From Candidatus Latescibacterota bacterium (GTDB lineage: Bacteria > Latescibacterota > UBA2968): a stretch of 64,000 bases of DNA. Positions within the stretch are counted from its first letter, which is position 1, and each line of letters starts with the position of its first letter. The DNA lies in NCBI GenBank assembly GCA_965116885.1, contig OZ220741.1:4480001-4544000 (forward strand), read 5' to 3'. The translations under genes were made by a program, and so were the position numbers. Shown here piece by piece: positions 51,801-61,677 of the stretch. The notes beneath the pieces are model-generated. The model had not been told where the DNA came from. It was given only the letters and a program-made list of their open reading frames with translations, and made no database searches.

Positions 51801-52659
51801 CGTTTTCTGGATCGATATCCATCACAGTGATTTTGACAATCGCATTTTCCTTAAGGGCTAAGAGATGTTCCTCCATCAATGTGGTATAGGCTTCGACAAT
51901 CACTTCTCCCGTCTTTTTATTAACCACATCTTCGGTAACAATGCAATCGACGAGTTCTTCAGTAACTCTGACTGTGGTATCACCGTGAAAAATGCCCAGA
52001 ATTTCCTCGGACTTGTCAAATCCCAAAGCTCTCAACAAAGTCGTAACCGGCAATTTGCGTTTACGGTCGATATGAACGTACATAATATCGTTGATATCGA
52101 GGCTAAATTCGAGCCAGGCTCCGTTGTCGGGAATGATTCTGGCTGAAAATAAACGCTTGCCATTAGGATGAATGGAGTCGTCAAAAAATACGCCAGGAGA
52201 ACGGTGTAATTGGCTGACGATCACACGCTCTGAACCATTGATGACAAATGTACCTTCATCGGTCATCAACGGCAGTTCGCCTAAAAACACTGTCTGCTCG
52301 ACGATATCTTTAACGCGAAATTCGCTATTTCCCTGCTTTTCTCGGGAAACCAGACGGAGTGTCGAACGCAGAGGTACGGCATGAGTCGTACCGCGTTCGA
52401 GACATTCTTGTACATCGTATTTAGGAGTTCCAACGGAATAATCTACAAACTCTAAAGAATAGAGATTGTGGGCGTCTGTGATCGGGAAGATACCCTGGAA
52501 GACCGCCTGTAGTCCTTGCTTTTCGCGTGCTACAGGCGGTATATCCTTCTGTAAAAACCAGTCATAAGAATCGAGCTGGATATCCAGCAGATTCGGCATT
52601 TCGATTGCAGACGTGAGAGTTCCATACGATTTCCGGTCAATAAATCCTCTATCTGCCAA
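48895..52659 (-). CDS. rpoB: RNA polymerase beta subunit
   Basis: [30 protein letters not shown]. Confidence 0.99.
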   Translation of the reverse strand: MADRGFIDRKSYGTLTSAIEMPNLLDIQLDSYDWFLQKDIPPVAREKQGLQAVFQGIFPITDAHNLYSLEFVDYSVGTPKYDVQECLERGTTHAVPLRSTLRLVSREKQGNSEFRVKDIVEQTVFLGELPLMTDEGTFVINGSERVIVSQLHRSPGVFFDDSIHPNGKRLFSARIIPDNGAWLEFSLDINDIMYVHIDRKRKLPVTTLLRALGFDKSEEILGIFHGDTTVRVTEELVDCIVTEDVVNKKTGEVIVEAYTTLMEEHLLALKENAIVKITVMDIDPENDGGIINNTLDKDPCDNEEEALARIYSLLRPGDPPNIETARGLLERHFFSPRRYNLGTVGRYRINQRLDMIDNIPLDFTMLCIDDFIKVIDYLLTLAMGEGFTDDIDHLGNRRVRSVGELLSKQFSIGLARMARTIRERMSLRDSEQLTPHDLVNARTVSTVVQAFFGSSQLSQFLQQINPLDELTHKRRLSALGPGGLTRDRAGFEVRDVHHTHYGRICPIETPEGPNIGLIVSVATYAKVNPFGFLETPYRKVKSGKVSQDIAYLPADEEDRHTIAQANLALDDKGEFENNVVQARRRGDFPVVDPEVIDYMDVSPFQLVSAAAGLIPFLEHDEANRALMGSNMQRQGVPLLITDAPRVGTGLERKVAVDSKAVIIAKNAGVVTYVSANKIVVKRRKSRSIETISLSDEDIYDLTKFKRSNQDFCINQRPAVQVGDKVEKGQLLADGCATDRGDLALGSNVLVAFMSWHGYNFEDAIIVSERLIKKDIFTSISIEEFELQVRDTKRGTEEITREIPNVSEQAVRNLDEHGIIRVGAEVNQGDILVGKVTPKGETELSPEERLLRAIFGEKAGDVRDASLKAPPGMDGVVMDRKVFSRKERDEKTRNEDKEKTQAARKRISDKIESLKQSRDQQVLTLLKNRKVNTLRDEDGKVVAKAGTVLNERSLEKFDLGAVTPDGDWCDSPAITQKVDRLIELAAYVMQQAEEELERELEKIARGDELPPGIVQLVKVYVARKRKLMVGDKMAGRHGNKGVISIIVPEEDMPYLPDGTPIDLVLNPLGVPSRMNLGQILETHLGWAAHKLDLHFATPVFDGASMDDVQDMLREAGLPENGKTLLYDGQTGEPFDKEVMVGIIYMLKLSHLVSDKIHARSIGPYSLVTQQPLGGKAQFGGQRFGEMEVWALEAYGAAHMLQEMLTVKSDDVAGRSKIYETIVKGENPPEPGVPESFNVLVKELQSLCLDVVLESA

Positions 52660-52732
52660 GGGCTCACGCTCCTGTGCTGGAAGGCTAACGGTCAGTTACG
52701 GATTTGTATTGCTGCACAAACTTACGACAACC

Positions 52733-53101
52733 CTACTTGAGTTCCACCACCGCACCGGCTTCTTCCAGTTCTGCCTTGATCTGTTCGGCTTCTTCTTTTT
52801 CCACGCCTTCTCTTACGGTATTGGGAGCCCCATCAACCAGAGCTTTGGCTTCTTTAAGGCCCAATGAGGTAAGGCCGCGCACAACCTTGATCACCTGGAT
52901 CTTTTTATCCCCAGGAGACGACAAAACCACATCAAACTCTGTCTGCTCTTCTGCAACAGGAGCAGCATCGCCGCCATCGGGTGCTGCAACAACAGCTGCC
53001 TGTGCAGTCACACCAAACTTTTCCTCAAGAGCTTTGACCAATTCGGCCAACTCGAGCACTGAGAGTTTTTCAATTTCGCTAATAATGGATTCAACAGCCA
53101 T
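52733..53101 (-). CDS. rplL: 50S ribosomal protein L7/L12
   Basis: [21 protein letters not shown]. Confidence 0.98.
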   Translation of the reverse strand: MAVESIISEIEKLSVLELAELVKALEEKFGVTAQAAVVAAPDGGDAAPVAEEQTEFDVVLSSPGDKKIQVIKVVRGLTSLGLKEAKALVDGAPNTVREGVEKEEAEQIKAELEEAGAVVELK

Positions 53102-53146
53102 GAACATGCCTCCGTCCAACAATGAATTGGGTGTGTGATAAGCGGT

Positions 53147-53680
53147 CTATTCGCCGCTTTCTTCCTCTTTTTTTTCTGCAACAGCTTGAAGTGTACCAAC
53201 GAGTTTTTGCAAAATGCCATTCAGCGTAAAGGCGAGGCCACTGATCGGACTTTGCATTGCAGATACCATCTGGCCCAGCAGAACATCGCGCGAAGGTATT
53301 TGGGCCAGCCTCTCTATCTGGTCTGCGACAAATATATCACCATCGATATACCCGGCTTTAATCGCGGGCTTGCCTTCGGTATCTTCAGCGAATTTGGACA
53401 GCACACGGGCCGGTGCTACTGGATCTTCATCGGCGCAAACAAGCCCAGTGGGACCGCGAAACACATCATCGAGCCCCTCAACTCCGGCTTGTTTAAGTGC
53501 CAATTTAGCCAACCGATTTTTTATTACGCGGTAAGAAACCGATTCCTCGCGGAGTTGCTTTCGCAACAGGGTGAATGAAGGAACGTCTAACCCCGTAAAA
53601 TCAGTTAGATACACCCCCTTGGCCCGTTTTAAGATATCTGTCAATTCTGCGACAGTAGCCTCTTTTTCAGCAGTTGGCAT
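53147..53680 (-). CDS. rplJ: 50S ribosomal protein L10
   Basis: DFTGLDV...LRKQLR...VIKNRL; synteny. Confidence 0.96.
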   Translation of the reverse strand: MPTAEKEATVAELTDILKRAKGVYLTDFTGLDVPSFTLLRKQLREESVSYRVIKNRLAKLALKQAGVEGLDDVFRGPTGLVCADEDPVAPARVLSKFAEDTEGKPAIKAGYIDGDIFVADQIERLAQIPSRDVLLGQMVSAMQSPISGLAFTLNGILQKLVGTLQAVAEKKEEESGE

Positions 53681-53697
53681 TTCTGTACCTTCCTTGT

Positions 53698-54399
53698 TCA
53701 ATTGGCCGCCAGCGCCGTGCGGTCCAGGCGGATGCCCGGCCCCATTGTAGTAGATAATGTGACCGAGCGCATGTACTGCCCTTTTGTAGCAGCTGGACGC
53801 GCTCTAATAATTGCATCGACCAATACCTGGGCATTTTCCCGAAGGCGCTGTGCATCAAAAGACGCTTTGCCCACAGGCGTATGCACATTGGCCGTTCTAT
53901 CGACTCGATATTCTACACGCCCCGCTTTGGCTTCCTGTACCGCACGCGCCGCATCGGGCGTCACCGTACCACTCTTGGGATTGGGCATCAGACCTCGAGG
54001 TCCAAGAATGCGTCCCAATCGTCCGACCTGTCCCATCATATCGGGCGTAGCAATAGCCACATCGAAATCTGTCCAGCCACCATTGATCTTTTCTACCAGA
54101 TCTTCGGCTCCTACAAAATCTGCCCCCGCCGCTTCGGCAGCAGTAGCAGGCTCCCCTTTGGCAAAAACTGCAACGCGTACGGATTTGCCCAGCCCGTGTG
54201 GCAAGACGACTGTGCCGCGCACGAGTTGATCGGCTTGCCGAGGATCAACGCCCAGCCGAAACGAAATCTCAACCGTTTCGTCAAATTTCCGAGTGGGCAT
54301 TTTTTTTAAGATGTCAATGGCGTCGGCCAGACTGTAATGCGTTTGGCGGTCAAAAAGCGCAGCCGCTTGTTTATAGCGTTTGGATTGCCCTCGTGCCAT
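53698..54399 (-). CDS. rplA: 50S ribosomal protein L1
   Basis: [21 protein letters not shown]. Confidence 0.98.
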   Translation of the reverse strand: MARGQSKRYKQAAALFDRQTHYSLADAIDILKKMPTRKFDETVEISFRLGVDPRQADQLVRGTVVLPHGLGKSVRVAVFAKGEPATAAEAAGADFVGAEDLVEKINGGWTDFDVAIATPDMMGQVGRLGRILGPRGLMPNPKSGTVTPDAARAVQEAKAGRVEYRVDRTANVHTPVGKASFDAQRLRENAQVLVDAIIRARPAATKGQYMRSVTLSTTMGPGIRLDRTALAAN

Positions 54400-54411
54400 A
54401 CATACCTCCGG

Positions 54412-54837
54412 TCAATTGTTGACGGTCAGGCCCATACTGCGAGCCGTCCCTGCAATCATGCGCTTGGCAGCCTCGACGCTGCCCGCGTTGAGGTCTTGAA
54501 CTTTCATTTCTGCAATTTCCTGTAGTTGGGCATCGGTCACGGCCCCCACTTTTTCTCGGTTGGATTCCGGCGATCCTTTGGCTATCCCCGCTGCCCTTTT
54601 GAGCAATACGGATGCAGGTGGGCTTTTCAATTCAAAAGAAAAACTCCTATCTGCGTAAACCGTGATAATCGCGGGAATGATCAAACCCTGTTTGTCCTGA
54701 GTTTGTGCATTAAAAGCTTTGCAAAACTCCATAATATTGACGCCGTGCTGTCCCAAAGCCGGACCAACCGGTGGGGTGGGAGTCGCCTGCCCAGCGGGGA
54801 TTTGCAACTTGATTGTCGTGAGAATTTTTTTCGCCAT
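54412..54837 (-). CDS. rplK: 50S ribosomal protein L11
   Basis: [26 protein letters not shown]. Confidence 0.98.
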   Translation of the reverse strand: MAKKILTTIKLQIPAGQATPTPPVGPALGQHGVNIMEFCKAFNAQTQDKQGLIIPAIITVYADRSFSFELKSPPASVLLKRAAGIAKGSPESNREKVGAVTDAQLQEIAEMKVQDLNAGSVEAAKRMIAGTARSMGLTVNN

Positions 54838-54849
54838 TGGTGCCTCTCA

Positions 54850-55386
54850 TTATCGCGATTCGACAGCTTCTTCAACCTGCAAAACATCTAATTCTACAGG
54901 TGTATTGCGTCCAAAGATACTAACCATTACTTTGATCTTGCTCTTTTCTGGATTGATGTCGTCAACCAGGCCAATAAAATCGCTGAAAGGCCCATCTATC
55001 ACCTTGACGCGATCACCTACTTGATATGGAACATCAGAGGTTTCCTCGACCGGACGACGCTCAATTTGCCCCAAAATGCGGTTCACCTCTTCCTCGCGCA
55101 AAGGTTGTGGTCTCCGACCTGGACCGACAAAGCTCGTCACGCCCGGCACACTGGTGACAAAGTAGAGGGACTCTTTGTCCATATCCAGTTCAACCAAAAG
55201 GTAACTGGGCAAAAATTTCTTGAGGGAGGTCGTTTTCCGTCCATCCTTCATCTCCACGACTTCTTCAGTTGGCACAATCACCCGACCAATTTTGTCGCCA
55301 ACATCGATGTTCTCTTTGGCGGCCTCAATATAGCTCTTGACCTTATTTTCGTGCCCAGAATAAGTGTGGACAACGTACCATTTCAT
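54850..55386 (-). CDS. nusG: Transcription termination/antitermination factor NusG
   Basis: KWYVVHTYSGHENKV; KOW; SIFGRNTPVEL. Confidence 0.97.
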   Translation of the reverse strand: MKWYVVHTYSGHENKVKSYIEAAKENIDVGDKIGRVIVPTEEVVEMKDGRKTTSLKKFLPSYLLVELDMDKESLYFVTSVPGVTSFVGPGRRPQPLREEEVNRILGQIERRPVEETSDVPYQVGDRVKVIDGPFSDFIGLVDDINPEKSKIKVMVSIFGRNTPVELDVLQVEEAVESR

Positions 55387-55416
55387 CAGTCGAAAACTCC
55401 CTGACAAAAAATCCCG

Positions 55417-55602
55417 TTAAATCAGGATAAACTCCATAATACTCGCCAAAAAAGTATCTACAATATAAATGAACCCAGCCAGTGCAAGTGACAATATAAG
55501 TACTATTGTGGTTGATGATTTGAGTTCGTCACGAGTAGGCCAGGTGACCTTTCCCATTTCAACGCGCACTTCGCTGAGAAATTGACTGATTTTGCCAAAC
55601 AT
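55417..55602 (-). CDS. secE: Preprotein translocase SecE
   Basis: EMGKVTWPTRDEL plus one TM helix; upstream of nusG. Confidence 0.96.
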   Translation of the reverse strand: MFGKISQFLSEVRVEMGKVTWPTRDELKSSTTIVLILSLALAGFIYIVDTFLASIMEFILI

Positions 55603-55618
55603 AAGAAAATAAAAAAAA

Positions 55619-55694
55619 TGGCAGGCCAGGCAGGACTTGAACCCGCAACCGTCGGTTTTGGAGACCGATGCTCTACCAGTTGAGCTACTGACCT
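55619..55694 (-). tRNA. tRNA-Trp (CCA)
   Basis: AGGTCAGTAGCTCAACTGGTAGAGC...CT-CCA-AA...GGTTCAAGTCC...GCCA. Confidence 0.97.
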
Positions 55695-55706
55695 ACCCAA
55701 AAACAA

Positions 55707-55782
<76 letters not shown>

Positions 55783-55807
55783 GTTGGGCAATCCCCACTT
55801 GAGATTC

Positions 55808-55884
55808 TGGAGCGGGAAACGGGACTCGAACCCGCGACCCTCAGCTTGGAAGGCTGACGCTCTGGCCAACTGAGCTATTCCCGC
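55808..55884 (-). tRNA. tRNA-Gly (TCC)
   Basis: GCGGGAATAGCTCAG...CT-TCC-AA...GGTTCGAGTCC...TCCA. Confidence 0.97.
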
Positions 55885-55958
55885 CCGGCTATGTATAAAA
55901 AACAACCCTTTTCTACAAAAGGGATCGGTATTGCCAAAAAAATTTTCCGAGAATTGAC

Positions 55959-55987
55959 AAGATATGAAAAAGGCAGTCTCAGGTCAA
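55959..55987 (-). promoter_or_regulatory. Internal promoter upstream of tRNA-Gly
   Basis: TTGACC-17 nt-TATCTT on the minus strand. Confidence 0.6.
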
Positions 55988-56100
55988 GAGAATTTTGTAT
56001 AAACCCAAACCTGTGATAGATCAAAAAAGGTAAGTCGATATTTTGTGTAATGCGAGCTTGGCACATTCGCATTGTTTTGGGGGGAAACAGTTGGAATTTT

Positions 56101-56186
56101 TGGTGGGGGGTGGCGGATTCGAACCACCGAAGGCATAAGCCAGCAGATTTACAGTCTGCCCCAGTTGGCCGCTTTGGTAACCCCCC
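56101..56186 (-). tRNA. tRNA-Tyr (GTA)
   Basis: GGGGGGTTACCAAAGCGGCC...CT-GTA-AA; long variable arm; GGTTCGAATCC...ACCA. Confidence 0.97.
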
Positions 56187-56204
56187 AAATTGTACAGGCT
56201 TCAA

Positions 56205-56233
56205 AAAATACCAGAAGATATTTCGATAGTCAA
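56205..56233 (-). promoter_or_regulatory. Promoter of tRNA-Tyr and the superoperon
   Basis: TTGACT-17 nt-TATTTT. Confidence 0.7.
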
Positions 56234-56262
56234 GACCAAAATCGCTCAACTTCAATTGCAGA

Positions 56263-56291
56263 TTGACAAATCGGCCTACCTTTGCTATTTT
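56263..56291 (+). promoter_or_regulatory. Divergent promoter for the TIM-barrel gene
   Basis: TTGACA-17 nt-TATTTT with TGn extension. Confidence 0.7.
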
Positions 56292-56352
56292 CCGGGTTCA
56301 ATTTTCCGCAGTTAATCTTCTCTTGTCAGATGCCTGTTGTGAAAGGAGCAAA

Positions 56353-57267
56353 ATGACCGACCCTATTCAAAATTATGCGCGTATTGGTATTGTTCACTTT
56401 ATGGCCTATAAAGCCTGCATTGGTGGCGAAGGCCCCATTTTGGAAACCCTGGAAAAAATTGCCCTTGATCCCTATTTCCAGGTCGTAGAAGTCTCCCACA
56501 TGAAAGATCCGCAAGTGCGCGCACAAGCACGCGACTTGCTCACCGCTGCCCACATGGATGTGGCTTTTGGAGCGCAACCCATTCTGCTGGGCAATCAGCT
56601 CAATATCAATGCCCCCGATGTCGCCCACCGTCAAAGTGCTGTTGACGCCGTCAAAGCGGGGATTGACCAGGCTGAAGAACTCGGTGCGCCTGGCTGTGCC
56701 CTGCTTTCAGGTGTAGATCCGGGTCCCGAGGGCCGCGAAGAAGGTCTCGACCTGCTGGTAGATTCACTGAGCCGACTCTGCGAGTATGCCGGCGAAAAAA
56801 ATATGGACATTGTACTTGAAACCTTTGATCGCGTACCTTACGGCAAAAATTGTATTGTGGGGCCTAATGCCCTCGCGGTTGAAATATCAAACCGCCTCAG
56901 ACGTCAGTATCCCAATTTTGGCCTGATGCTCGATTTGAGCCATTTCCCTCTCCAGGGTGAAGACACAGTTTACGCCATCAACATCGCTCGGGATCACATC
57001 GTCCACATGCACGTTGGCAATTGCGTGATGTCCAACCCCAATCACCCGGCCTATGGCGATAACCACCCTCGCTTTGGCTGCGAAGATGGCGAAAACGATG
57101 TACCCGAAGTTGTAGAATGTCTCCGCGAACTGCTCAATATCGGTTATCTCGACCCCGATAAGCGTCCCATCCTGAGCTTTGAGGTCGCCCCAATGGAAGG
57201 GGAATCCTCGGAAATCATTATCGCCAATGCCAAGCGCGTGCTCGACGAGGCCTGGGCGCAAGTCTAA
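56353..57267 (+). CDS. Sugar phosphate isomerase/epimerase (xylose-isomerase-like TIM barrel)
   Basis: IVLETFD, LMLDLSH, HMHVGN, LSFEV metal-binding pattern; AAGGAG RBS. Confidence 0.82.
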   Translation: MTDPIQNYARIGIVHFMAYKACIGGEGPILETLEKIALDPYFQVVEVSHMKDPQVRAQARDLLTAAHMDVAFGAQPILLGNQLNINAPDVAHRQSAVDAVKAGIDQAEELGAPGCALLSGVDPGPEGREEGLDLLVDSLSRLCEYAGEKNMDIVLETFDRVPYGKNCIVGPNALAVEISNRLRRQYPNFGLMLDLSHFPLQGEDTVYAINIARDHIVHMHVGNCVMSNPNHPAYGDNHPRFGCEDGENDVPEVVECLRELLNIGYLDPDKRPILSFEVAPMEGESSEIIIANAKRVLDEAWAQV

Positions 57268-57282
57268 ACGCGCACCCAAACT

Positions 57283-57327
57283 AAAAAAGCTGGACTTTCC
57301 CGAAAGAGAAGGTCCGGCTATTTTTTT
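57283..57327. terminator. Bidirectional terminator
   Basis: A6-GCTGGACTTTC...GAAGGTCCGGC-TA-T7 between convergent genes. Confidence 0.75.
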
Positions 57328-57340
57328 ACTCGCGAAATAC

Positions 57341-58099
57341 TCAATTCCAATATTCACTTTGTGCAGGAGGTCCAGACTTTAATGCCCTGTGAATCAACAG
57401 GCCCAAAACACGCGTAAAAACCACCAGTAAAAAAAAATTAAACACCGAAGTCAGCACCAAACCCACCCAGGCCAACTGTCCCAATATCAAACTGCCGAGC
57501 AGAGATATCCCAAACAGACCAAAACACGCTTGAATGTAGTCGGATCGAACAATCTGGCGCAAATCCCTCCAAACAGGCCCCGGCTCAAATACCATCCACA
57601 CACGTCCCTTAGCGGCAAATCGCGTAAATACAACGGGAAAAAAAATATAAAAAAAGACGACCATAAGTGTAACCAACAGCAACAGAGGCCCGGCTTCTTC
57701 TACAGAACTCGGTATCAAACCGAATACCGAAATTACCATTGCAAAACTCGCAAATCCAATGACGCTATATCCCAGGACAATGAGGAACAACCAGAAGCCC
57801 GCTAATCCATAAGCCCACCAATTGCTCCACGAGGGCAAGGTCAGCGATTCAGTACCGTTGAGCGCATCGACAAAAATCCGATATAAGTAGCCCCAGGCAA
57901 TGAACAATAATCCAAAGGTTACCACCGCCAACACGCCCCCCATCCAGAGCCTTATTTGTCCGGTGAAAATCAGCGCCAGCACCAGCGCGGACAGCAAATT
58001 TAATGCGCCGCCAGGGACAATTTTTTGCCACCATCCAGGCGTCTGAAACACAGCGCGGAGTGTATTAAATAAAATAATGCCAAACATAGCTTTCCACAT
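57341..58099 (-). CDS. DUF4013-like membrane protein
   Basis: WWQKIVPGG, WGYLYRIF, LPSWSNW; multiple TM segments; start may be 58087. Confidence 0.65.
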   Translation of the reverse strand: MWKAMFGIILFNTLRAVFQTPGWWQKIVPGGALNLLSALVLALIFTGQIRLWMGGVLAVVTFGLLFIAWGYLYRIFVDALNGTESLTLPSWSNWWAYGLAGFWLFLIVLGYSVIGFASFAMVISVFGLIPSSVEEAGPLLLLVTLMVVFFYIFFPVVFTRFAAKGRVWMVFEPGPVWRDLRQIVRSDYIQACFGLFGISLLGSLILGQLAWVGLVLTSVFNFFLLVVFTRVLGLLIHRALKSGPPAQSEYWN

Positions 58100-58100
58100 G

Positions 58101-59294
58101 TCAGACTGCGTCAAGTGCCCGTCTAACATCGGCAATAATATCCTCGGCGTCTTCAATGCCCACGGCATAGCGCACCAACTCATCGGCAATGCCAATTGCC
58201 AATCGGTCTTCGCGTGCCAATTCGTAATACGAAATAGATGCGGGATGCGAAACAAGACTCTCCACACCACCCAGACTGGCCCCGATACACGGGATTTTCA
58301 AACGGTCAATAAAATCCAGCGTACCTGCCTCATCCGCATCTAAATCAAAACTCACCAGCCCACCAAATCCACGCATCTGCGCTTTGGCAACATCGTGGTG
58401 TGGGTGGCTTTCCAAACCGGGATAATACACGCGCTTTACCCGATCGTGCTTTTCCAAAAACCGCGCCAACATCAGTGCCGTTTCATTTTGCTTACCCATT
58501 CGCAGTGGAAAAGTCTTGATCCCCCGGATCAGCAAATAAGCGCAATGAGGATCGATCACCCCTCCCAAAATACCTCGATAGTCTCGAATCGCACCAATCA
58601 GGGGCGCATTGCCCAGCACAGCACCAGCCATCAAATCGTTGTGCCCCCCCAAATACTTGGTCGCTGAGTGAATGACCAGATCGATGCCAAATTCGAGCGG
58701 GCACTGGTTTAAGGGCGTTGCAAATGTGCTGTCAATAATCGTTTTGACCCGATGCCTTTTTCCAATGTCAACCAGCTTTTCCAGATCGATTACATTGAGA
58801 TGGGGATTTGTCGGAGATTCGGAAATAATCACGCGCGTGTTATCCCTGATCGCGCCTTCCAATTCGGCGTAATCACCCGCGTGTACAAATGTGGTTTCAA
58901 TGCCAAATTTTTTTAACACCATCTGGCAAAATTGCGCGGTTTTGCGATAGCAATCATCCATAATCACCGCGTGGTGCCCGGTTGAGAGCATGCCCAGCAG
59001 CGTGGTTGTTACAGCACTCATACCCGAGGAAAATAAAATAGCAGCCTCTGCGCCTTCCAATTCTGCCAGCTTGGATTCTGCTGCATGCTGTGTTGGATTG
59101 CCATAGCGTCCGTAGTCAATCTGTGGATTTTTGCCCGCCACAAATGCTTTAACCGCATGTGTATCTTCAAATACATAAGTCGATGTTTGCGCAATGGGCA
59201 CTGTCAGAGAATTTCCCCAGTGTCCCCTTTCTTCACCTGCATGTACAGCCCGTGTCCCCGAACAGGGCACAGGCGTTTCGCACTTTTCAGACAT
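58101..59294 (-). CDS. metB: Cystathionine gamma-synthase, plant-type (Cys/Met metabolism PLP enzyme)
   Basis: YGRYGNPT, DCYRKT, ESPTNP, TFATPLNQ, HSATKYLGGHND (PLP lysine). Confidence 0.85.
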   Translation of the reverse strand: MSEKCETPVPCSGTRAVHAGEERGHWGNSLTVPIAQTSTYVFEDTHAVKAFVAGKNPQIDYGRYGNPTQHAAESKLAELEGAEAAILFSSGMSAVTTTLLGMLSTGHHAVIMDDCYRKTAQFCQMVLKKFGIETTFVHAGDYAELEGAIRDNTRVIISESPTNPHLNVIDLEKLVDIGKRHRVKTIIDSTFATPLNQCPLEFGIDLVIHSATKYLGGHNDLMAGAVLGNAPLIGAIRDYRGILGGVIDPHCAYLLIRGIKTFPLRMGKQNETALMLARFLEKHDRVKRVYYPGLESHPHHDVAKAQMRGFGGLVSFDLDADEAGTLDFIDRLKIPCIGASLGGVESLVSHPASISYYELAREDRLAIGIADELVRYAVGIEDAEDIIADVRRALDAV

Positions 59295-59305
59295 GCGCCA
59301 TCTCC

Positions 59306-59335
59306 AAAAAAAAAGCGGAGCCACAAAAGCCCCGC
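59306..59335 (-). terminator. Second leader terminator directly before the metB RBS
   Basis: GCGGGGC-TTTTGTG-GCTCCGC-T9, then GGAGA...ATG. Confidence 0.7.
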
Positions 59336-59344
59336 GCAGTACGC

Positions 59345-59372
59345 AAAAAACCGGACTAAAAAGCCCGGTTTT
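59345..59372 (-). terminator. Riboswitch expression-platform terminator
   Basis: AAAACCGGGC-TTTTTA-GTCCGGTTTTTT. Confidence 0.8.
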
Positions 59373-59381
59373 GGGAATAAC

Positions 59382-59430
59382 TTTTTAGCGACTTGTTTAA
59401 AGTGGCTGCAATATGCCGCAAATCACCACT
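59382..59430 (-). ncRNA. SAM-II (SAM-alpha) riboswitch aptamer
   Basis: AGTGGTGATTTG-CGGCATA-TTGCA-GCCACT-TTAAA-CAAGTC-GCTAAAAA matches the SAM-II pseudoknot pattern; upstream of a Met biosynthesis gene. Confidence 0.88.
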
Positions 59431-59450
59431 CGCCATAGCTGTATTTTGAC

Positions 59451-59479
59451 AATGTAATCAAAACCCTCAACCCTGTCAA
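59451..59479 (-). promoter_or_regulatory. metB promoter
   Basis: TTGACA-17 nt-TACATT, about 20 nt upstream of the aptamer. Confidence 0.75.
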
Positions 59480-59499
59480 CTCCCGCATTGAGTATCTGA

Positions 59500-59521
59500 T
59501 TTTATCTGCGTCCATCTGCGG
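59500..59521 (-). repeat. 10-nt tandem repeat x2 (CCGCAGATGG ACGCAGATAA AA)
   Basis: Same family as 221-253. Confidence 0.65.
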
Positions 59522-59532
59522 ATGTCTGTCAA

Positions 59533-60882
59533 CTATCTGTTGGCTTCAATCCGGTCGAGAATCGCCTTTTTTACTGCATCGATTTCAGGGGGCAACACAA
59601 CGGGTTCATTGCGGTAATGCGGGCTTACCTCCCAATCCCGTAACTGATCCCGATGATATCCGAGCTTAAACTCACTAAACTTCAACCCGTGAGCCGTTGA
59701 AATCACGATCACGCGATCGCTTTTCTGAATTACGCCCCTGTCAATCAACTTGAACAATACGGCGAAAGCCACCCCGGTGTGCGGGCATGCAAACAAGCCC
59801 GTACGGTCGGCACGCGCAGCCGCATCGGCCAATTCCTCCTCGCTGGCTTGTTCTACGACACCACCGAAGATTTTGAGCGTTTGAATCGCTTTTTCTCGAC
59901 TCACCGGATTGCCGATCTGAATCGCACTGGCCAATGTCGGCTGTGCCTGAATCGGTTCAAAACTATCAAAATTCTTTTCAAAACTTCGGTAGAGCGGATT
60001 TGCCCTGTCGGCCTGGGCAACCGCAATGCGCGGCAACCGGTCAATTAAACCGAGGGCTTTCATTTCGAGAAATCCCTTACCGAGCGCACTCACATTGCCC
60101 AGATTTCCGCCGGGAATCACAACCCAGTCGGGCACTTCCCAATCAAATTGCTGCACCAACTCGATGCTGATTGTTTTTTGCCCCTCTACCCTCAGTGAAT
60201 TCATCGAATTGGCCAAATAGATATTTTCCTCGCGGCAAATCTCCTGCACGAGCCTCATACATCCATCAAAGTCGGTCTCTAAACTCAGCACCAGCGCACC
60301 ATTGGCCAGGGGCTGCAAAAGTTGTGCAGTCGAAATCTTATCCCTCGGCAAAAAGACCACCGATTGTATGCCCGCCGCTGCACAATACGCAGCCAACGCC
60401 GCCGAGGTATCCCCAGTAGATGCACACGCAACCGCCGGAATACGAGCCCCTTCAAATAGCATCTGTTTCACCATGGATACCAGCACCGTCATGCCCAAAT
60501 CTTTGAACGATCCCGTATGGCTGTTACCGCATTGCTTAACCCACAAATCCTCAATACCAATTTCTCGGCCCAAACGCTCGGCCCAAAACAGATTGCTACC
60601 CCCTTCGTACATCGACACCACATTGTCTTCGTGAACCACGGGACAGACCAGTTCTTTTTTTCCCCACACCGAACTGCCATAAGGCCATGTGGTAGTCATA
60701 TAACGCTTATCAAACAATTCGCGCCAATAACTACCCGACTTGCGCTTGAGCATCTCCATATCGTGCGCCACTTCGAGCAACCCTCCGCACGTTGGACATG
60801 CGTAAATCACATCCGTCAACGCATATCGACCTTCGCATCCGCGAAAACACCGAAACCACGCATTATAAGTTGTATCGTTCAT
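59533..60882 (-). CDS. thrC: Threonine synthase, plant-type
   Basis: [16 protein letters not shown] (PLP lysine), [31 protein letters not shown]. Confidence 0.95.
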   Translation of the reverse strand: MNDTTYNAWFRCFRGCEGRYALTDVIYACPTCGGLLEVAHDMEMLKRKSGSYWRELFDKRYMTTTWPYGSSVWGKKELVCPVVHEDNVVSMYEGGSNLFWAERLGREIGIEDLWVKQCGNSHTGSFKDLGMTVLVSMVKQMLFEGARIPAVACASTGDTSAALAAYCAAAGIQSVVFLPRDKISTAQLLQPLANGALVLSLETDFDGCMRLVQEICREENIYLANSMNSLRVEGQKTISIELVQQFDWEVPDWVVIPGGNLGNVSALGKGFLEMKALGLIDRLPRIAVAQADRANPLYRSFEKNFDSFEPIQAQPTLASAIQIGNPVSREKAIQTLKIFGGVVEQASEEELADAAARADRTGLFACPHTGVAFAVLFKLIDRGVIQKSDRVIVISTAHGLKFSEFKLGYHRDQLRDWEVSPHYRNEPVVLPPEIDAVKKAILDRIEANR

Positions 60883-60907
60883 AATCGCCGCCAATATAGA
60901 TAATTTC

Positions 60908-61675
60908 TCAAATCCGCTCCAGCGCACGCGCCTCAATCCAGCCGCCGAGACCCGACCGCAGGCGCACCAGCAACCACCCACCTTCAACGCGCTCAATCTC
61001 GACCTTGGTGCCTTCGTGGAGCGTGAACACCTGTAAAAAATCGGAGCCAGGCCCGCTGCGGCCAATAGCCTCATCCACCAAAATGATAGCTTTGGGAATG
61101 CTGTGTTGATGCGCCTTAAACGCAAGCATCGCCGCACTGCCCAAAAATCCGACCACAAAAACCACCAGCAACCCACTCCACAGCAAACGACGGACTGGCA
61201 CAAAAATCCAACACACCGCCACACCGCCTATCAAAAAAACAAATACACAAACCATAACTGCCAGCGCGTCGAGGGCAAAAAACGCAAAAACCGCTTGCAA
61301 AAGCCGCGTCAAAATATTGACCTCATCCTCGCTTTCTCGATCAATCTTCTGGGCATTGGCAAACTGCAAATTCGCCAGAACATCCCGATCGCCTGGCATC
61401 AATTTCAAAGCGCGTTCATAAGATAAAATCGCACGTCCGAGCCGCGCGTTTTTAAAATACGCATTGCCCAGATTATAATACACCTCACCGTTGTTCAGCC
61501 CCTGTGCAATTACGCGTTCATAAGCCGAAATCGCCGCATCAAAATCCCCGGCGCGGTAGTGTTCATTGCCCCGATTGTACAGCGCGACAAGAGCTTCTGA
61601 GGCGAATACCGCATCCACGCCAAGTATCGCAACTGCGACAACGGGGTATAACAGCCGTTCTATCACCGTCCTCAT
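60908..61675 (-). CDS. batE: BatE-like TPR/TM/SH3 protein
   Basis: [10 protein letters not shown]...[20 protein letters not shown]...GWI. Confidence 0.88.
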   Translation of the reverse strand: MRTVIERLLYPVVAVAILGVDAVFASEALVALYNRGNEHYRAGDFDAAISAYERVIAQGLNNGEVYYNLGNAYFKNARLGRAILSYERALKLMPGDRDVLANLQFANAQKIDRESEDEVNILTRLLQAVFAFFALDALAVMVCVFVFLIGGVAVCWIFVPVRRLLWSGLLVVFVVGFLGSAAMLAFKAHQHSIPKAIILVDEAIGRSGPGSDFLQVFTLHEGTKVEIERVEGGWLLVRLRSGLGGWIEARALERI

Positions 61676-61677
61676 AA

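Noticed and set aside
26894..55602. Many plus-strand ORFs of 60-220 aa over ribosomal and RNAP genes
   Set aside because: Antisense shadows of conserved genes with no recognisable motifs
56049..56073. Short hairpin AATGCGA...TCGCATT after tRNA-Tyr as an ncRNA or terminator
   Set aside because: Only 7 bp with no U tail; not distinguishable from chance
60883..61224. 113-aa N-terminal extension of thrC in the ORF track (transit-peptide-like)
   Set aside because: Overlaps batE in another frame; homology begins near Met 60882. Similar spurious extensions were trimmed for rplO, rplE, rplF, rplN, greA, blaI, the DUF4013 gene and batE
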